Assembly: GCA_964530695.1 (NCBI GenBank) | Contig: CAZGYQ010000004.1 | Location: 4,725 to 68,724 of the forward strand | DNA length: 64,000 bases | Reading direction: 5' to 3' | DNA from: an uncultured Caulobacteraceae bacterium | Lineage (GTDB): Bacteria; Pseudomonadota; Alphaproteobacteria; Caulobacterales; Aquidulcibacteraceae | Part shown: one piece after another, positions 1-10,199 of the stretch | Layout: each line of letters begins with the position of its first letter | How positions within the stretch are numbered: the first letter of the stretch is position 1 | Program-made: the position numbers and the translations under genes | Notes under the pieces: model-generated | What the model was told of the DNA's origin: nothing | Databases searched by the model: none | Seen by the model: the letters and a program-made list of their open reading frames with translations, nothing else

Positions 1-494
1 CGATATCGGAAATCCGCGTCGGCGTGCGGCGGGAGGCGGATGGCTCGATCTCAGCGCTGCGCCCGATCTACTGGCCCGTGGACGAACGGGTGACGGTGGT
101 CGGCGACCGCTGCGCGCAACGGCTGCAGCGGTACGACTACGCGCGCGCGACCACGATCCGCGACAAGCTGCGGCTCACTGGCGAGGGCCCGTATCTTGTC
201 GTCACCCGCAGCGACGAACGGCAGGCCGCGGTGGTCGATCTCTCGCGCCTGTCCACCGCAGAGATCGACAAGGCCGTGATCTACTTCCGCGACGGCTTCA
301 GCCAGCGCGGCAACGTCTGGAATCCGCAGGACTTCACGCCGCAACAGCGGGAACGATCGCTTGTCGCGACGTTTGGCGCCAATTTCCCGAGAGTTTTGCT
401 GGCGGCGGTCGGCTTCTACTCGGCGGCGGCGGCGAACGCTGGCGCCGCCGCGAGTTCGTGCCTAGGCGATCTCAGCGACACCCGGCGCTGCTGA
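1..494 (+). CDS. hypothetical protein, possibly 5'-truncated by the window edge
   Basis: ORF track 24..494 (GTG start). The same frame stays open back to base 3, so the gene may begin left of the window. No motif recognised; Ala-rich hydrophobic C-terminus. Confidence 0.4.
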   Translation, partial: ISEIRVGVRREADGSISALRPIYWPVDERVTVVGDRCAQRLQRYDYARATTIRDKLRLTGEGPYLVVTRSDERQAAVVDLSRLSTAEIDKAVIYFRDGFSQRGNVWNPQDFTPQQRERSLVATFGANFPRVLLAAVGFYSAAAANAGAAASSCLGDLSDTRRC

Positions 495-500
495 GGCGGC

Positions 501-668
501 TCACGGCGTTGCGCCATTGAAACCGTCATTGACAGCCAGGAAGAAGGACTCGATTGTCAGTCCCATGCTGCCCAGGGCGCTGATGATCAGGGTCGCGACG
601 AGCGACGCGATCATGGCGTATTCGATAGCGGTTCCACCCTCGCGGGCACGCAGGAAACGCTGGATCAT
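501..668 (-). CDS. flp: Flp/Fap family type IVb prepilin (55 aa)
   Basis: Not in the ORF track (<60 aa). The reverse strand 668->501 reads MIQRFLRAREGGTAIEYAMIASLVATLIISALGSMGLTIESFFLAVNDGFNGATP*. It has the Flp prepilin signature G/TAIEY followed by a hydrophobic helix. Its ATG (668..666) overlaps the mutT stop TGA (667..665). Confidence 0.75.
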   Translation of the reverse strand: MIQRFLRAREGGTAIEYAMIASLVATLIISALGSMGLTIESFFLAVNDGFNGATP

Positions 669-1096
669 GAGAAGACCCCCTGGCGCTGGAGAAGCGCGAC
701 GAGTGGAAGGTCCGCCGGCGGCATCTGATAGCCGGAAAGTTCAGCCGGGCTGACCCACGCGAGCGCCTGCGCCTCAACGGCGCGCGGCGTTCCCGCCCAT
801 TCCCGTACGAGATACAGCGGCATGAGGAGGTGAAAATCGGCATAGGCATGCGATGCAAACGTAAACGGCGCCATCGCTTCCCTCTCGACCTGCACGCCCA
901 GTTCCTCCTTGAGTTCGCGCGCGAGCGCGGCCTCCGGCCCCTCGCCCGGCTCGACCTTGCCGCCAGGAAATTCCCAGAGACCGCCGAGCGTCTTGTCAGC
1001 CGGCCGCTGCGCAATGAGCACGCGACCCCGCCCATCCAGGAGCGCGGCCGCAACCACCAGCAGGAGCCTGCGCGAAGAGTTATCGACGATCGGCAT
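665..1096 (-). CDS. mutT: Nudix hydrolase, MutT-type 8-oxo-dGTP diphosphatase
   Basis: 143 aa. Nudix box GGKVEPGEGPEAALARELKEELGV. Typical MutT size and position next to argJ. Confidence 0.85.
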   Translation of the reverse strand: MPIVDNSSRRLLLVVAAALLDGRGRVLIAQRPADKTLGGLWEFPGGKVEPGEGPEAALARELKEELGVQVEREAMAPFTFASHAYADFHLLMPLYLVREWAGTPRAVEAQALAWVSPAELSGYQMPPADLPLVALLQRQGVFS

Positions 1097-1153
1097 TAAG
1101 GTCTGGTTCGCCGGAATGGTTCACGACGATTAACGCTGGGGCGCCGGCGCGCC

Positions 1154-2410
1154 TCAACTGCGGTAATCACCGTTGATCTCGATGTAGCGCTTGGTGAGAT
1201 CGCAGGTGTGCATCACCGCTTCGCCCTCGCCGACGCCGACATCGACTGTGATCTCGAGTTCGCTTCGCTTCATGTAGGCGCTCATGGCGCCCTCGTCGTA
1301 GGTCTTGGACACTGCGCCGTTCTTGGCCGCCCAGTGCGGTCCGAACTTCACGGAGATCTTTTCGCGCGCGACCGGTTGGTCGGCGCGCCCGATCGCCATG
1401 ACGATGCGTCCCCAGTTGGCGTCCTCGCCGGCGATGGCGGTCTTCACCAGCGGACTTTCGCTGATCGTGCGGGCGATGACCTTCGCAGAGGCGTCGGACT
1501 TTGCGCCCTTCACCTTCACCGCGACGAGTTTCGTTGCGCCCTCGCCATCACGCACAATCTGGATCGCGAGGTCGACAAGCACTTTCTTCAGCGCCTTGCG
1601 GAAATCGGCGAGACGCGGATCGGCGACGGATTTCACCGGCGCATGCTTCGCCGCGGCCGTGGCGAACAGGAGCACGCAGTCGTTCGTGGAGCGGTCGCCA
1701 TCCACGGTGATCGCGTTGAAACTGGCGTCGGTCTCTTCCTTGAGCACCGCCTTGAGCGTTGACGCGCTTATCGCTGCATCGGTGAACACGAAAGCGAGCA
1801 TGGTCGCCATATCCGGCGCGATCATGCCGGAGCCCTTGGCGATTCCGCTGATCGATACCTTGACCCCGTCGATCTTCGCCGTGGCGCCCGAGCCCTTCGG
1901 GAAGGTGTCGGTCGTCATGATCGCGCGCGCCGCGGCGGGCCAGTCGACCTTTGTCGGCGACATGTCCGGCAGCGCCGCTGACACCTTCGCGGCATCGAGA
2001 ACGACGCCGATCACGCCCGTCGACGCGAGCACGATCGAATCGCCGCTTGCGCCGATCAGTGCGCCCGCGGCCTGCGCCGTTCGCTTCGCCGCGGCGTCGC
2101 CCGCAGCGCCGGTGAAGCTGTTTGCGCAGCCCGCGTTGACGAGAAGTCCGCGCACGGCGCCCGTTCCCTTCAGCACCTGCTTGCACCAGTCCGTGGGCGC
2201 CGAACCTACGGCGTTGGTCGTGAACACGCCGGCAGCCCGGGTTGCTGGTGGGAAAGCAAAGAGCGCGAGGTCAGGACGCGCGTGTTTGTAGAGTCCCGCG
2301 CGACCGATGGCGGAAGTGACCCCGGCGATAGCTGGAAGCTCGGGAAACTCGGCCGGGGCGAGCGGTGAGACGGGCGTCGCCTTTGTGGCGGCAGGTTTCG
2401 TTGAGCTCAT
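1154..2410 (-). CDS. argJ: bifunctional ornithine acetyltransferase / N-acetylglutamate synthase ArgJ
   Basis: 418 aa, full length. ArgJ hallmarks TTDTFPK and GMIAPDMATMLAF (self-cleavage region). Confidence 0.95.
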   Translation of the reverse strand: MSSTKPAATKATPVSPLAPAEFPELPAIAGVTSAIGRAGLYKHARPDLALFAFPPATRAAGVFTTNAVGSAPTDWCKQVLKGTGAVRGLLVNAGCANSFTGAAGDAAAKRTAQAAGALIGASGDSIVLASTGVIGVVLDAAKVSAALPDMSPTKVDWPAAARAIMTTDTFPKGSGATAKIDGVKVSISGIAKGSGMIAPDMATMLAFVFTDAAISASTLKAVLKEETDASFNAITVDGDRSTNDCVLLFATAAAKHAPVKSVADPRLADFRKALKKVLVDLAIQIVRDGEGATKLVAVKVKGAKSDASAKVIARTISESPLVKTAIAGEDANWGRIVMAIGRADQPVAREKISVKFGPHWAAKNGAVSKTYDEGAMSAYMKRSELEITVDVGVGEGEAVMHTCDLTKRYIEINGDYRS

Positions 2411-3630
2411 GTTTCACGCTCGCCGGGTCCCAACGGGGGCGGCGGGCCGGTCAGGGGCGCGTCCTGTGGCGCAGGAACATCAGACTCGGGCGCCACGACT
2501 CGCGGCCGCGGTGGCGCCTTGGGTAGTCCGGCGACACCGGTCTTGGGCGCCCCGGCCTTCGGCGCCGCGCTCGCCGGGGGCATGGCGGTCGGGGGCGTGG
2601 CGGTCGGGGGCGGCGCAGCATTCGGCGGCGCCTCCTGTCCGGCCGCCGACGCAACGCCGCCGGGCCCCATGGGCGCTTGCCCCTCTCGCCGCCGGGATTC
2701 GGGGCGAGCGGAGGCCGAGGGCGCCGAGCCGCCCTGGCCGGCGGCGACACGGCCCTCCTCCATGAAGCGCTCGATGCGGGACTGCGACTTGAGCTTCTCG
2801 ACAATGCGCCGGGTCTCCTCGAACATCAGCCACTGCTCGATCCGCGGCCGCAGGCTCTCGATGCTGGGCGGTGCTTCTTCGCGACGCTCCTCGATCTTGA
2901 TGATGTGCCACCCCTGAGAGGTCTGGATGGGGCCGGCGGTCTGTCCGACCGGCGTGGCGCCCGCCGCCTCGCGCAAGCCGTCCGGCAACGATTCCGGGAG
3001 CTGGAAACCCATGTCGCCACCCTCCGTGGCGGTCGAACGGTCCAGCGAGAGTTCATATGCGAGCGCTTCGAACGCTTCGCCCGCGTCGAGCCTTCTTTTC
3101 GCCGCCGCAGCAGCTTCTTTGCCGCCCAGAACGATCTGCCGGACATGCACCTCACGGCCGTTGCGCAGGAGACGCACCTGTTCCCGATACATTCTCTCGA
3201 CCGCGGATTCGTCCAGCGCGGTATCGCGAATTTGGTCGTTCAGCGCGCCAGCGAGGATCAGTTCGCGCGCGCGCTCAAGCCTGTGCCTGACGTCGGCGTT
3301 GCGGTCGATCTGGCGCTTTTCAGCCTCCATCGCGAAGAGGCGGGTCTCGATCAGGTCTTCCAGGACCTGGAAAAATTCGTCCGCCCCGGTGTCGAACTCC
3401 TCGCCTTCACGTATGATGCCCCGAACTGTGGCTTCCGCCTCGACATCGCTGATGTAGATCGGTTTGCCGTTGACCGTGGCGGCCACGATCGGATCGGCCA
3501 TCGACCCGCCATCTCCCGGGCGGGCCGTACGCGTCCGATCACCGCAGGCGGACAGGCCGGCGACGGCGACAAATCCGACGACGGCGAGACAGATGGCCAG
3601 TGGCCGCCAATACCGCAAGGTGAGGCCCAT
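2407..3630 (-). CDS. parvulin-type peptidyl-prolyl cis-trans isomerase (SurA/PpiD-like lipoprotein)
   Basis: 407 aa. Lipoprotein-type signal (..VAGLSAC) and PpiC domain (GPIQTSQGWHIIKIEERRE). Sits between secA and argJ. Its stop overlaps the argJ start (ATGA at 2407..2410). Long Pro/Ala-rich C-terminal tail. Confidence 0.8.
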   Translation of the reverse strand: MGLTLRYWRPLAICLAVVGFVAVAGLSACGDRTRTARPGDGGSMADPIVAATVNGKPIYISDVEAEATVRGIIREGEEFDTGADEFFQVLEDLIETRLFAMEAEKRQIDRNADVRHRLERARELILAGALNDQIRDTALDESAVERMYREQVRLLRNGREVHVRQIVLGGKEAAAAAKRRLDAGEAFEALAYELSLDRSTATEGGDMGFQLPESLPDGLREAAGATPVGQTAGPIQTSQGWHIIKIEERREEAPPSIESLRPRIEQWLMFEETRRIVEKLKSQSRIERFMEEGRVAAGQGGSAPSASARPESRRREGQAPMGPGGVASAAGQEAPPNAAPPPTATPPTAMPPASAAPKAGAPKTGVAGLPKAPPRPRVVAPESDVPAPQDAPLTGPPPPLGPGERET

Positions 3631-3699
3631 TCGTCTCGCTCTCGACTGTGGATCCAGTTACGTTCGCGACATGGCGATGCAGCCGCGCCGGGCGTCTCA

Positions 3700-3727
3700 T
3701 TGACACCGCGTAATCGCGTCCTTAAGT
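3700..3727 (+). promoter_or_regulatory. candidate sigma-70-type promoter for secA
   Basis: TTGACA (3700..3705), a 16-nt spacer, then TTAAGT (3722..3727), about 100 nt upstream of the secA ATG. The -10 hexamer is a weak match. Confidence 0.25.
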
Positions 3728-3830
3728 CTCGCCGAAGCGCGAGTCGAGCCTCTTTTCGCACGCGCGCCTGTCGGGGTGCGCCGTCACTTTCCGATCTTTT
3801 TCGGGACGCTCCACGGGTAAAATTCGCATC

Positions 3831-6521
3831 ATGCTGAAACTTGCAAAGCAACTGTTCGGGTCCGTTAACGACCGCAAGGTCCGGGCGCTCAAGGGACAGG
3901 TCGCGCGCATCAATGCGCTCGAAGCGAATTATGAGGCGCTGTCCGACGAGGCGCTGCGCAACAAGACGGCGGAGTATCGCCAGAAGCTCGCCCGCGGCGC
4001 CAAGCTCGACGACCTGCTGCCGGAAGCATTCGCCACCGTGCGCGAAGCGGCCAAGCGCGTCCTCAACATGCGCCACTTCGACACCCAGCTGATGGGCGGC
4101 ATGGCGTTGCACGAAGGACGCATCGCCGAGATGCGGACTGGCGAAGGCAAGACGCTCGTGGCCACCCTGCCGGTCTATCTCAACGCGCTTGAGGGCAAGG
4201 GCGTCCACGTCATCACCGTGAACGACTATCTGGCCAAGCGCGACTCCGAGTGGATGGCGCAGATCTACAAGTTCCTGGGGCTCGGCGTCGGCACCATCGT
4301 GCACGGACTCTACGACAACGAGCGACGCCAGGCATACGCGGCGGATATCACCTACGGCACGAACAACGAGTTCGGCTTCGACTATCTGCGCGACAACATG
4401 AAATACTCGCTGGCCGAAATGGTCCAGCGCGGACACCGCTACGCGATCGTCGACGAAGTGGACTCCATCCTCATCGACGAAGCGCGCACGCCACTGATCA
4501 TTTCCGGGCCGACGGACGACCGTTCGGAATTCTACCGCACCGTCGACAGCCTCATCCCCCTGCTCGACGCAGAAGATTTCGAACTCGACGAAAAGCAACG
4601 CTCCTGCGTCTACACGGAGCGCGGATCGGAGCACCTTGAGGAACTGCTGCGCGAGCGCGGACTCCTTGAAGGCGCGCTCTACGCCCCCGAGAACGTTTCG
4701 ATTGTCCACCACGGCAACCAGGCGCTGCGGGCGCACAAGCTGTTCTTCCGGGACAAGGACTACATCGTGAAGGATGAGGAAGTCGTCCTCGTCGATGAAT
4801 TCACCGGCCGCATGATGCCGGGTCGACGCCTTTCTGAGGGCCTGCACCAGGCCATCGAGGCGAAAGAACAGGTCGACGTCCAGCCGGAAAACCAGACACT
4901 CGCATCGATCACGTTCCAGAACTATTTTCGCCTCTACGACAAGCTCGCCGGCATGACCGGCACTGCGTCCACGGAAGCCAACGAGTTCGCGGAAATCTAC
5001 AAGCTCGACGTCTTCGAAATCCCGACCAACCGCCCGGTCCAGCGCATCGACATAGACGACGAAGTCTACCGGACGGCCGGTGAAAAATACAAAGCGATTA
5101 TCGCGGACATCGAGGAAACGCACCGGCGCGGCCAGCCTGTGCTCGTCGGCACTGTCTCGATCGAGAAGTCCGAAACGCTCTCCGCCCTGCTCAAGAAAAA
5201 GGGCGTGCCGCACCAGGTGCTGAACGCGCGTTTCCACGAACAGGAAGCGCAGATCGTTGCGCAAGCCGGCGTGCCCGGCGCGGTGACCATCGCCACCAAC
5301 ATGGCCGGTCGCGGCACCGACATCCAGCTCGGCGGCAACCTCGACATGCGCGTGAAGGCCGCGCTGACAGGCGGTGAAACGCCTGAGCAGGTCGAGGGGC
5401 TGCGCCGGCAGATCGCGCAGGACGTGGAGGCCAAGAAGCGCGTCGCGCTGGCGGCGGGCGGCCTCTACGTGCTCGGCACCGAACGCCACGAAAGCCGGCG
5501 GATCGACAACCAGCTGCGCGGCCGGACGGGCCGTCAAGGCGACCCCGGCAAGTCGAAGTTCTACATCTGTCTTGAGGACGATCTGCTGCGCATCTTCGCC
5601 GCCGAGCGACTCGATGCGATCATGCGCGGCCTGGGCATCCGGGAAGACGAAGCGATCGTCCACCCGTGGATGAACAAGGCGCTCGAAACCTCGCAGCGCC
5701 GGGTCGAGCAACGCAACTTCGAGATCCGCAAGAACCTTCTCAAGTTCGACGACGTCATCAACGACCAGCGCAAGGTGATCTTCGAGCAGCGCATCGATTT
5801 CATGCGTACCGCCGACGTCGCCCCCATCATCCGCGACATGCGCCACTCGGCGGCGGAGATGATGGTCAACCGCTGCATGCCGGAGAAGGCCTACGCGGAG
5901 CAATGGGCGACGCTGGACCTTGAGGCCATGGTCGAGGACACGTTCGGTCTCCAGCTGCCCATCGCCGATTGGGCCAAGGAAGAAGGCATCGCCAACGACG
6001 AGGTGCGCGAACGCCTGACCAAGGCCGTCGACCGCAGCTACGCCGGCAAGGCCGCGACCCTCGGCGCCGAGCGCATGCGCTGGATCGAAAAGCAGGTCCT
6101 GCTGCAGATCGTCGACATGCGCTGGCGCGAACACCTTTCGCACCTCGACCACCTGCGCTCGGTCATCCACCTGCGGGGCTACGGCCAGCGCGATCCGCTG
6201 AACGAGTTCAAGACCGAGGCCTTCACGCTGTTCGAGCGCATGCTGTTCGACCTGCGCACACAGGTGACAAAGTCGCTGATGCGCCTGCAGATCGACGGCC
6301 AGGTCGAAGAGGTGCAGCCGCCGCAGGCCATCATGGAGACCCACATCGATCCGCTGACGGGCGTGAACGAGATGGAAGAGAGCTACGCGCCGCCTGCCAT
6401 CGGCTTCAATCGCAACGATCCGCGCACGTGGGGCAAGATCTCGCGCAACGCGCTGTGCCCGTGCGGTTCGGGCAAAAAGTACAAGCACTGCCACGGGGAT
6501 GTCGCCGCCGCGAGCGCGTAA
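3831..6521 (+). CDS. secA: preprotein translocase ATPase SecA
   Basis: 896 aa. Motor motifs MRTGEGKTL and [20 protein letters not shown]-terminal zinc finger [14 protein letters not shown]. Confidence 0.98.
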   Translation: MLKLAKQLFGSVNDRKVRALKGQVARINALEANYEALSDEALRNKTAEYRQKLARGAKLDDLLPEAFATVREAAKRVLNMRHFDTQLMGGMALHEGRIAEMRTGEGKTLVATLPVYLNALEGKGVHVITVNDYLAKRDSEWMAQIYKFLGLGVGTIVHGLYDNERRQAYAADITYGTNNEFGFDYLRDNMKYSLAEMVQRGHRYAIVDEVDSILIDEARTPLIISGPTDDRSEFYRTVDSLIPLLDAEDFELDEKQRSCVYTERGSEHLEELLRERGLLEGALYAPENVSIVHHGNQALRAHKLFFRDKDYIVKDEEVVLVDEFTGRMMPGRRLSEGLHQAIEAKEQVDVQPENQTLASITFQNYFRLYDKLAGMTGTASTEANEFAEIYKLDVFEIPTNRPVQRIDIDDEVYRTAGEKYKAIIADIEETHRRGQPVLVGTVSIEKSETLSALLKKKGVPHQVLNARFHEQEAQIVAQAGVPGAVTIATNMAGRGTDIQLGGNLDMRVKAALTGGETPEQVEGLRRQIAQDVEAKKRVALAAGGLYVLGTERHESRRIDNQLRGRTGRQGDPGKSKFYICLEDDLLRIFAAERLDAIMRGLGIREDEAIVHPWMNKALETSQRRVEQRNFEIRKNLLKFDDVINDQRKVIFEQRIDFMRTADVAPIIRDMRHSAAEMMVNRCMPEKAYAEQWATLDLEAMVEDTFGLQLPIADWAKEEGIANDEVRERLTKAVDRSYAGKAATLGAERMRWIEKQVLLQIVDMRWREHLSHLDHLRSVIHLRGYGQRDPLNEFKTEAFTLFERMLFDLRTQVTKSLMRLQIDGQVEEVQPPQAIMETHIDPLTGVNEMEESYAPPAIGFNRNDPRTWGKISRNALCPCGSGKKYKHCHGDVAAASA

Positions 6522-6620
6522 GCCCAATGGCGGCGGATCAGCGCCTCCGCCACCGCGACGCCGCGCCCATGATCCGGTACAGATTGTCCTATCGCGACTC
6601 GACCGGCATAGTGGGTCGCG

Positions 6621-8414
6621 ATGAATTTCCTTGAACGCCTCTACAGCGACATCTCGCTCCTCGTGGCGCTGCGCCGCGCGTTGAAGTCCTACGACCCGAT
6701 CGAGACCGATCCCACGCTCAGCATCGGCAAGGACATCGAGCGGGTCGTCGATCTCTACCCAGACAACATCGCGATCCGCTTCGAAGGCGCCGACATGACC
6801 TACCGCGCGTTCGATGCGCGGGCCAACGCCTACGCGCACTGGGCGCTGGCGCAGGGACTGAAGAAGGGCGATGCGGTCGCGCTCTTCATGTCCAACCAGC
6901 CGGACTTCGTCTGCTGCTGGATGGGTCTGGCGAAGATCGGCGTCGTCGTCGGCCTCATCAACACCAACCTCACGGGCGGGCCGCTCGCCCACACGATCAA
7001 CCTCTCGCAAGCCGCCCACGTCATCGTCTCCGCGGACCTGATGGCGCCGTTCGCCGCCGTAGCGGAAAGTCTCAAGCTGACGCCGAAGGCATGGGCCCTC
7101 GAAGGCGCGCCCGGCGCGGAATATCTCGGCGCCGCGCTGGCGACGATGAGCGCCGAGCGACCGGACAAGGCGTTGCGCGAGGCGATCACGCAGGATGACC
7201 TCGCGCTTTACGTCTACACCTCCGGCACGACGGGCGCGCCCAAGGCGGCGAAGATGCTCCACCGCCGCGTGCTCGGCATGATGCGCGCCTTCATCGGCGC
7301 CGGCGACGGCGGACCGACGGACCGCGTCTATCTCACGCTGCCGCTCTATCACGGCACGGGCGGGTTGTGCGGCGTGGGCTTTGCGCTGATCGCCGGCGGC
7401 ACGCTGATCATCCGGCGGAAGTTCTCCGCATCGCATTTCTGGAAGGACATCGCCGAGGAGGAGGCCACGGTCTTCTTCTACATCGGCGAGTTGTGCCGCT
7501 ATCTTGTGAACACGCCCTCTTCGCCGTTCGACACGGCCCACAAGATCCGCCTCGGCGTCGGCAACGGCCTGCGCCAGGAGGTGTGGGAGAAATTTCAGCC
7601 GCGCTTCGCGATCCCGCAGATCATGGAATTCTACGGCTCGACCGAAGGAAACGTCAGCCTTTTCAACACCGACGGGAAGATGGGCGCCATCGGGCGCATC
7701 CCCATGTGGCTGGCGCCGCGCCTGAACGTGCGCATCGTCAGGTTCGATGTGGAAACCGAACAGCCCGTCCGCAACGCCAAGGGCCTGTGCATCCGCGCCG
7801 GGCGCGACGAGGTGGGTGAAGCGCTTGGTCAGATCAAGACCAAGGAGGCGCGGTTCCGCTTCGAAGGCTACAGCGGCGATCCGAAGCAGACCGAAAAGAA
7901 GATCCTCCGCGACGTGTTCAAGAAGGGCGACGCCTGGTTCCGCACGGGCGACCTGATGAAGCGCGACAGGGACGGCTACTTCTATTTCATCGACCGCATC
8001 GGCGACACCTTCCGCTGGAAGGCGGAGAATGTTTCGACGAACGAGGTCGGCGACGTGCTGGCGCAGTTCAACGGCGTTGTGGAAGCGAATGTCTACGGCG
8101 TGAAGGTCGCCGATCTCGATGGCCGCGCGGGGATGGCCGCCCTCACGCTCGAGCCGGACGTCGATCTCGCGGCTCTGCATGCCTATGCGACGGCCGAACT
8201 CCCCGCCTATGCGCGCCCCCTCTTCCTGCGCATACAGCCGCGGATCGAGACGACCGGCACATTCAAATACCGAAAGGTCGATTTGGTGACCGAAGGCTTC
8301 GACCCGACGAAGACACCCGATCCGATCTGGTTTGATCACCCCGTCGAGCGCGCCTATGTCCCCATGACGCGTGAACTCCACGCCGACATCCAGGCAGGCA
8401 AGTTCAGGCTCTGA
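6621..8414 (+). CDS. long-chain acyl-CoA synthetase, FATP (fatty-acid transport protein) type
   Basis: 597 aa. AMP-binding motif YTSGTTGAPKAA and FATP-like GDTFRWKAENVST segment. Confidence 0.85.
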   Translation: MNFLERLYSDISLLVALRRALKSYDPIETDPTLSIGKDIERVVDLYPDNIAIRFEGADMTYRAFDARANAYAHWALAQGLKKGDAVALFMSNQPDFVCCWMGLAKIGVVVGLINTNLTGGPLAHTINLSQAAHVIVSADLMAPFAAVAESLKLTPKAWALEGAPGAEYLGAALATMSAERPDKALREAITQDDLALYVYTSGTTGAPKAAKMLHRRVLGMMRAFIGAGDGGPTDRVYLTLPLYHGTGGLCGVGFALIAGGTLIIRRKFSASHFWKDIAEEEATVFFYIGELCRYLVNTPSSPFDTAHKIRLGVGNGLRQEVWEKFQPRFAIPQIMEFYGSTEGNVSLFNTDGKMGAIGRIPMWLAPRLNVRIVRFDVETEQPVRNAKGLCIRAGRDEVGEALGQIKTKEARFRFEGYSGDPKQTEKKILRDVFKKGDAWFRTGDLMKRDRDGYFYFIDRIGDTFRWKAENVSTNEVGDVLAQFNGVVEANVYGVKVADLDGRAGMAALTLEPDVDLAALHAYATAELPAYARPLFLRIQPRIETTGTFKYRKVDLVTEGFDPTKTPDPIWFDHPVERAYVPMTRELHADIQAGKFRL

Positions 8415-8503
8415 CCGTCGCTTACCTGGGCGCGACAAATCCCTTGCAACTGATATATCCCCCGATGGAGAGCCCCTGAACAACAAGGGCCGGGGAGAAC
8501 GCC

Positions 8504-10072
8504 ATGATGGATATGTCGAAGGTCAGGGGACTGGCCGATGTTTCGCGGGTTCAGGCGCGGGCCTATGGCGACCGGACGGCGATCGTTTTCGAAGGTCGGC
8601 GCACGAGTTTTGCCGACGTCGATCGCGCCGCGAGCCGGGTCGGCCAGCGGCTGCGTCAGGAATGGGTTGACCCGCAGGAACGCGTGGCGATTCTCGCCAA
8701 GAACTGCGACCTCTTCTTCGAAATCTGGTTCGGCGCGATGAAGGCGCGCGCCTGTCTCGCGCCGGTGAACTTTCGCCTGGCGGCGCCGGAGATCGCCTAC
8801 ATTCTCAACGACGCGAAGGCCAAGGTTCTGTTCGTTGGCGGCGAGTTCTTCGAGCTTGCCGAGAAGGCGCTCGCGGAGGTGAAGGACAAACCCGTCGTCG
8901 TCTCGCTTGACGGGCCGCGCGGCGACTGGCCGGACTACCGCGCATGGCGCGACCGCGCCGAGGCGGTCGATCCGAACATGGATGTCGTCGCCGACGACGA
9001 TATTGTCCAGCTCTACACCTCCGGCACCACGGGCAATCCGAAAGGCGTCCAGCTTACCAACGCCAACTATCGGGCGTTTCTCAACATGTCGAAGGACGTG
9101 GCGGGCTTCGACTACAAGGACAACGAGACCGTGCTCGGCGCCATGCCCCTCTTCCATGTGGGCGGCGCCAACCCTGTGCTTGCCGGCTACGCCAGCGGGT
9201 CGACGCTGGCGATCCCGCGCGACATCTCGCCGGCGGGCCTGCTCGATCTCATCGCGCGGGAAAAGGTCAACCACGGTTTCATCGTGCCTGCCGTGATCCT
9301 CATGCTGCTCAATGCGCCCGAGATCGAAGGCGCGGATCTTTCTTCGCTCAAGACCATTTCCTACGGCGCCTCCCCCATTGCGCAGGATGTGCTCGAGCGG
9401 GCGCAGAAGCGGTTCGGCTGCGATTTTCTCCAGTTCTACGGCATGACCGAGACCGTGGGCGCGGGCTCCTACCTTCCCGCCGCCGCGCACGATCCGGCGA
9501 AGGGCAAGCTGCGCTCTTGCGGCATACCGTGGCCGGGCGTCGAGATGAAGGTCGTCGATGCGAGCGACAACGAGGTCCCGCTTGGCGAAGTGGGCGAGAT
9601 CGTCATCAAGGCGCCGATCGTGATGAAGGGCTATTTCAACAAGCCCGACGCCACCGCCGAGGCCGTCCGCAACGGCTGGATGCATACCGGCGACGCGGCC
9701 TACCAGGACGCCGAAGGCTATTTCTTCATCTACGACCGGGTGAAGGACATGATCGTGACCGGCGCGGAAAACGTCTATCCGGCGGAAGTTGAAAATGCGG
9801 TGTTCGGTCATCCCTCCGTAGCGGACGTGGCGGTGATCGGCGTGCCCGACGACAGGTGGGGCGAGGCGGTGAAGGCGGTCGTGGTGCTGAAGCCGGGCGC
9901 GAGCGCCGACGAAGCCTCGATCATCGCCCATGCGCGTGAGAAAGTGGCGGCATACAAGGTTCCCCGGTCGATCGATTTCGTCGAGGCGATTCCACGCAAC
10001 GCGTCCGGCAAGGTGCTGCGCCGCGAGCTGCGCAAGCCCTACTGGGAAGGCCGCGAGCGGATGGTGGGGTGA
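8504..10072 (+). CDS. AMP-dependent acyl-CoA synthetase (FadD-like)
   Basis: 522 aa. Motifs YTSGTTGNPKGV and MHTGDAAYQDAEGYFFIYDRVKDMI. C-terminal GKVLRRELR. Confidence 0.85.
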   Translation: MMDMSKVRGLADVSRVQARAYGDRTAIVFEGRRTSFADVDRAASRVGQRLRQEWVDPQERVAILAKNCDLFFEIWFGAMKARACLAPVNFRLAAPEIAYILNDAKAKVLFVGGEFFELAEKALAEVKDKPVVVSLDGPRGDWPDYRAWRDRAEAVDPNMDVVADDDIVQLYTSGTTGNPKGVQLTNANYRAFLNMSKDVAGFDYKDNETVLGAMPLFHVGGANPVLAGYASGSTLAIPRDISPAGLLDLIAREKVNHGFIVPAVILMLLNAPEIEGADLSSLKTISYGASPIAQDVLERAQKRFGCDFLQFYGMTETVGAGSYLPAAAHDPAKGKLRSCGIPWPGVEMKVVDASDNEVPLGEVGEIVIKAPIVMKGYFNKPDATAEAVRNGWMHTGDAAYQDAEGYFFIYDRVKDMIVTGAENVYPAEVENAVFGHPSVADVAVIGVPDDRWGEAVKAVVVLKPGASADEASIIAHAREKVAAYKVPRSIDFVEAIPRNASGKVLRRELRKPYWEGRERMVG

Positions 10073-10082
10073 GCGGCTGTCC

Positions 10083-10194
10083 GCGAGTAGGAGCGCGGGC
10101 CTATGGCCCGCATATGCCCTCGCCGCCAGACTCCGTGGAATCTCGCGTGGTCAGAACGCTGAAATGCGGGCCATAGGCCAGCGGTCCTGCTCGC
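10083..10194. repeat. family D palindromic element (copy D1) at a convergent gene junction
   Basis: 31-nt arms gcgagtaggagcgcgggcctatggcccgcat (10083..10113) and atgcgggccataggccagcggtcctgctcgc (10164..10194), inverted repeats with about 26/31 matching. Each arm contains its own small hairpin gcgggcc-tat-ggcccgc. Confidence 0.85.
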
Positions 10195-10199
10195 ATACA

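Noticed and set aside
3351-8486. A 1711-aa minus-strand ORF, the longest in the track.
   Set aside because: It is antisense to secA and to the FATP-type ligase, both of which have unmistakable motifs. Its product is Arg/Ala/Gly/Val-rich with no motif. This is typical of stop-free antisense frames in GC-rich DNA.
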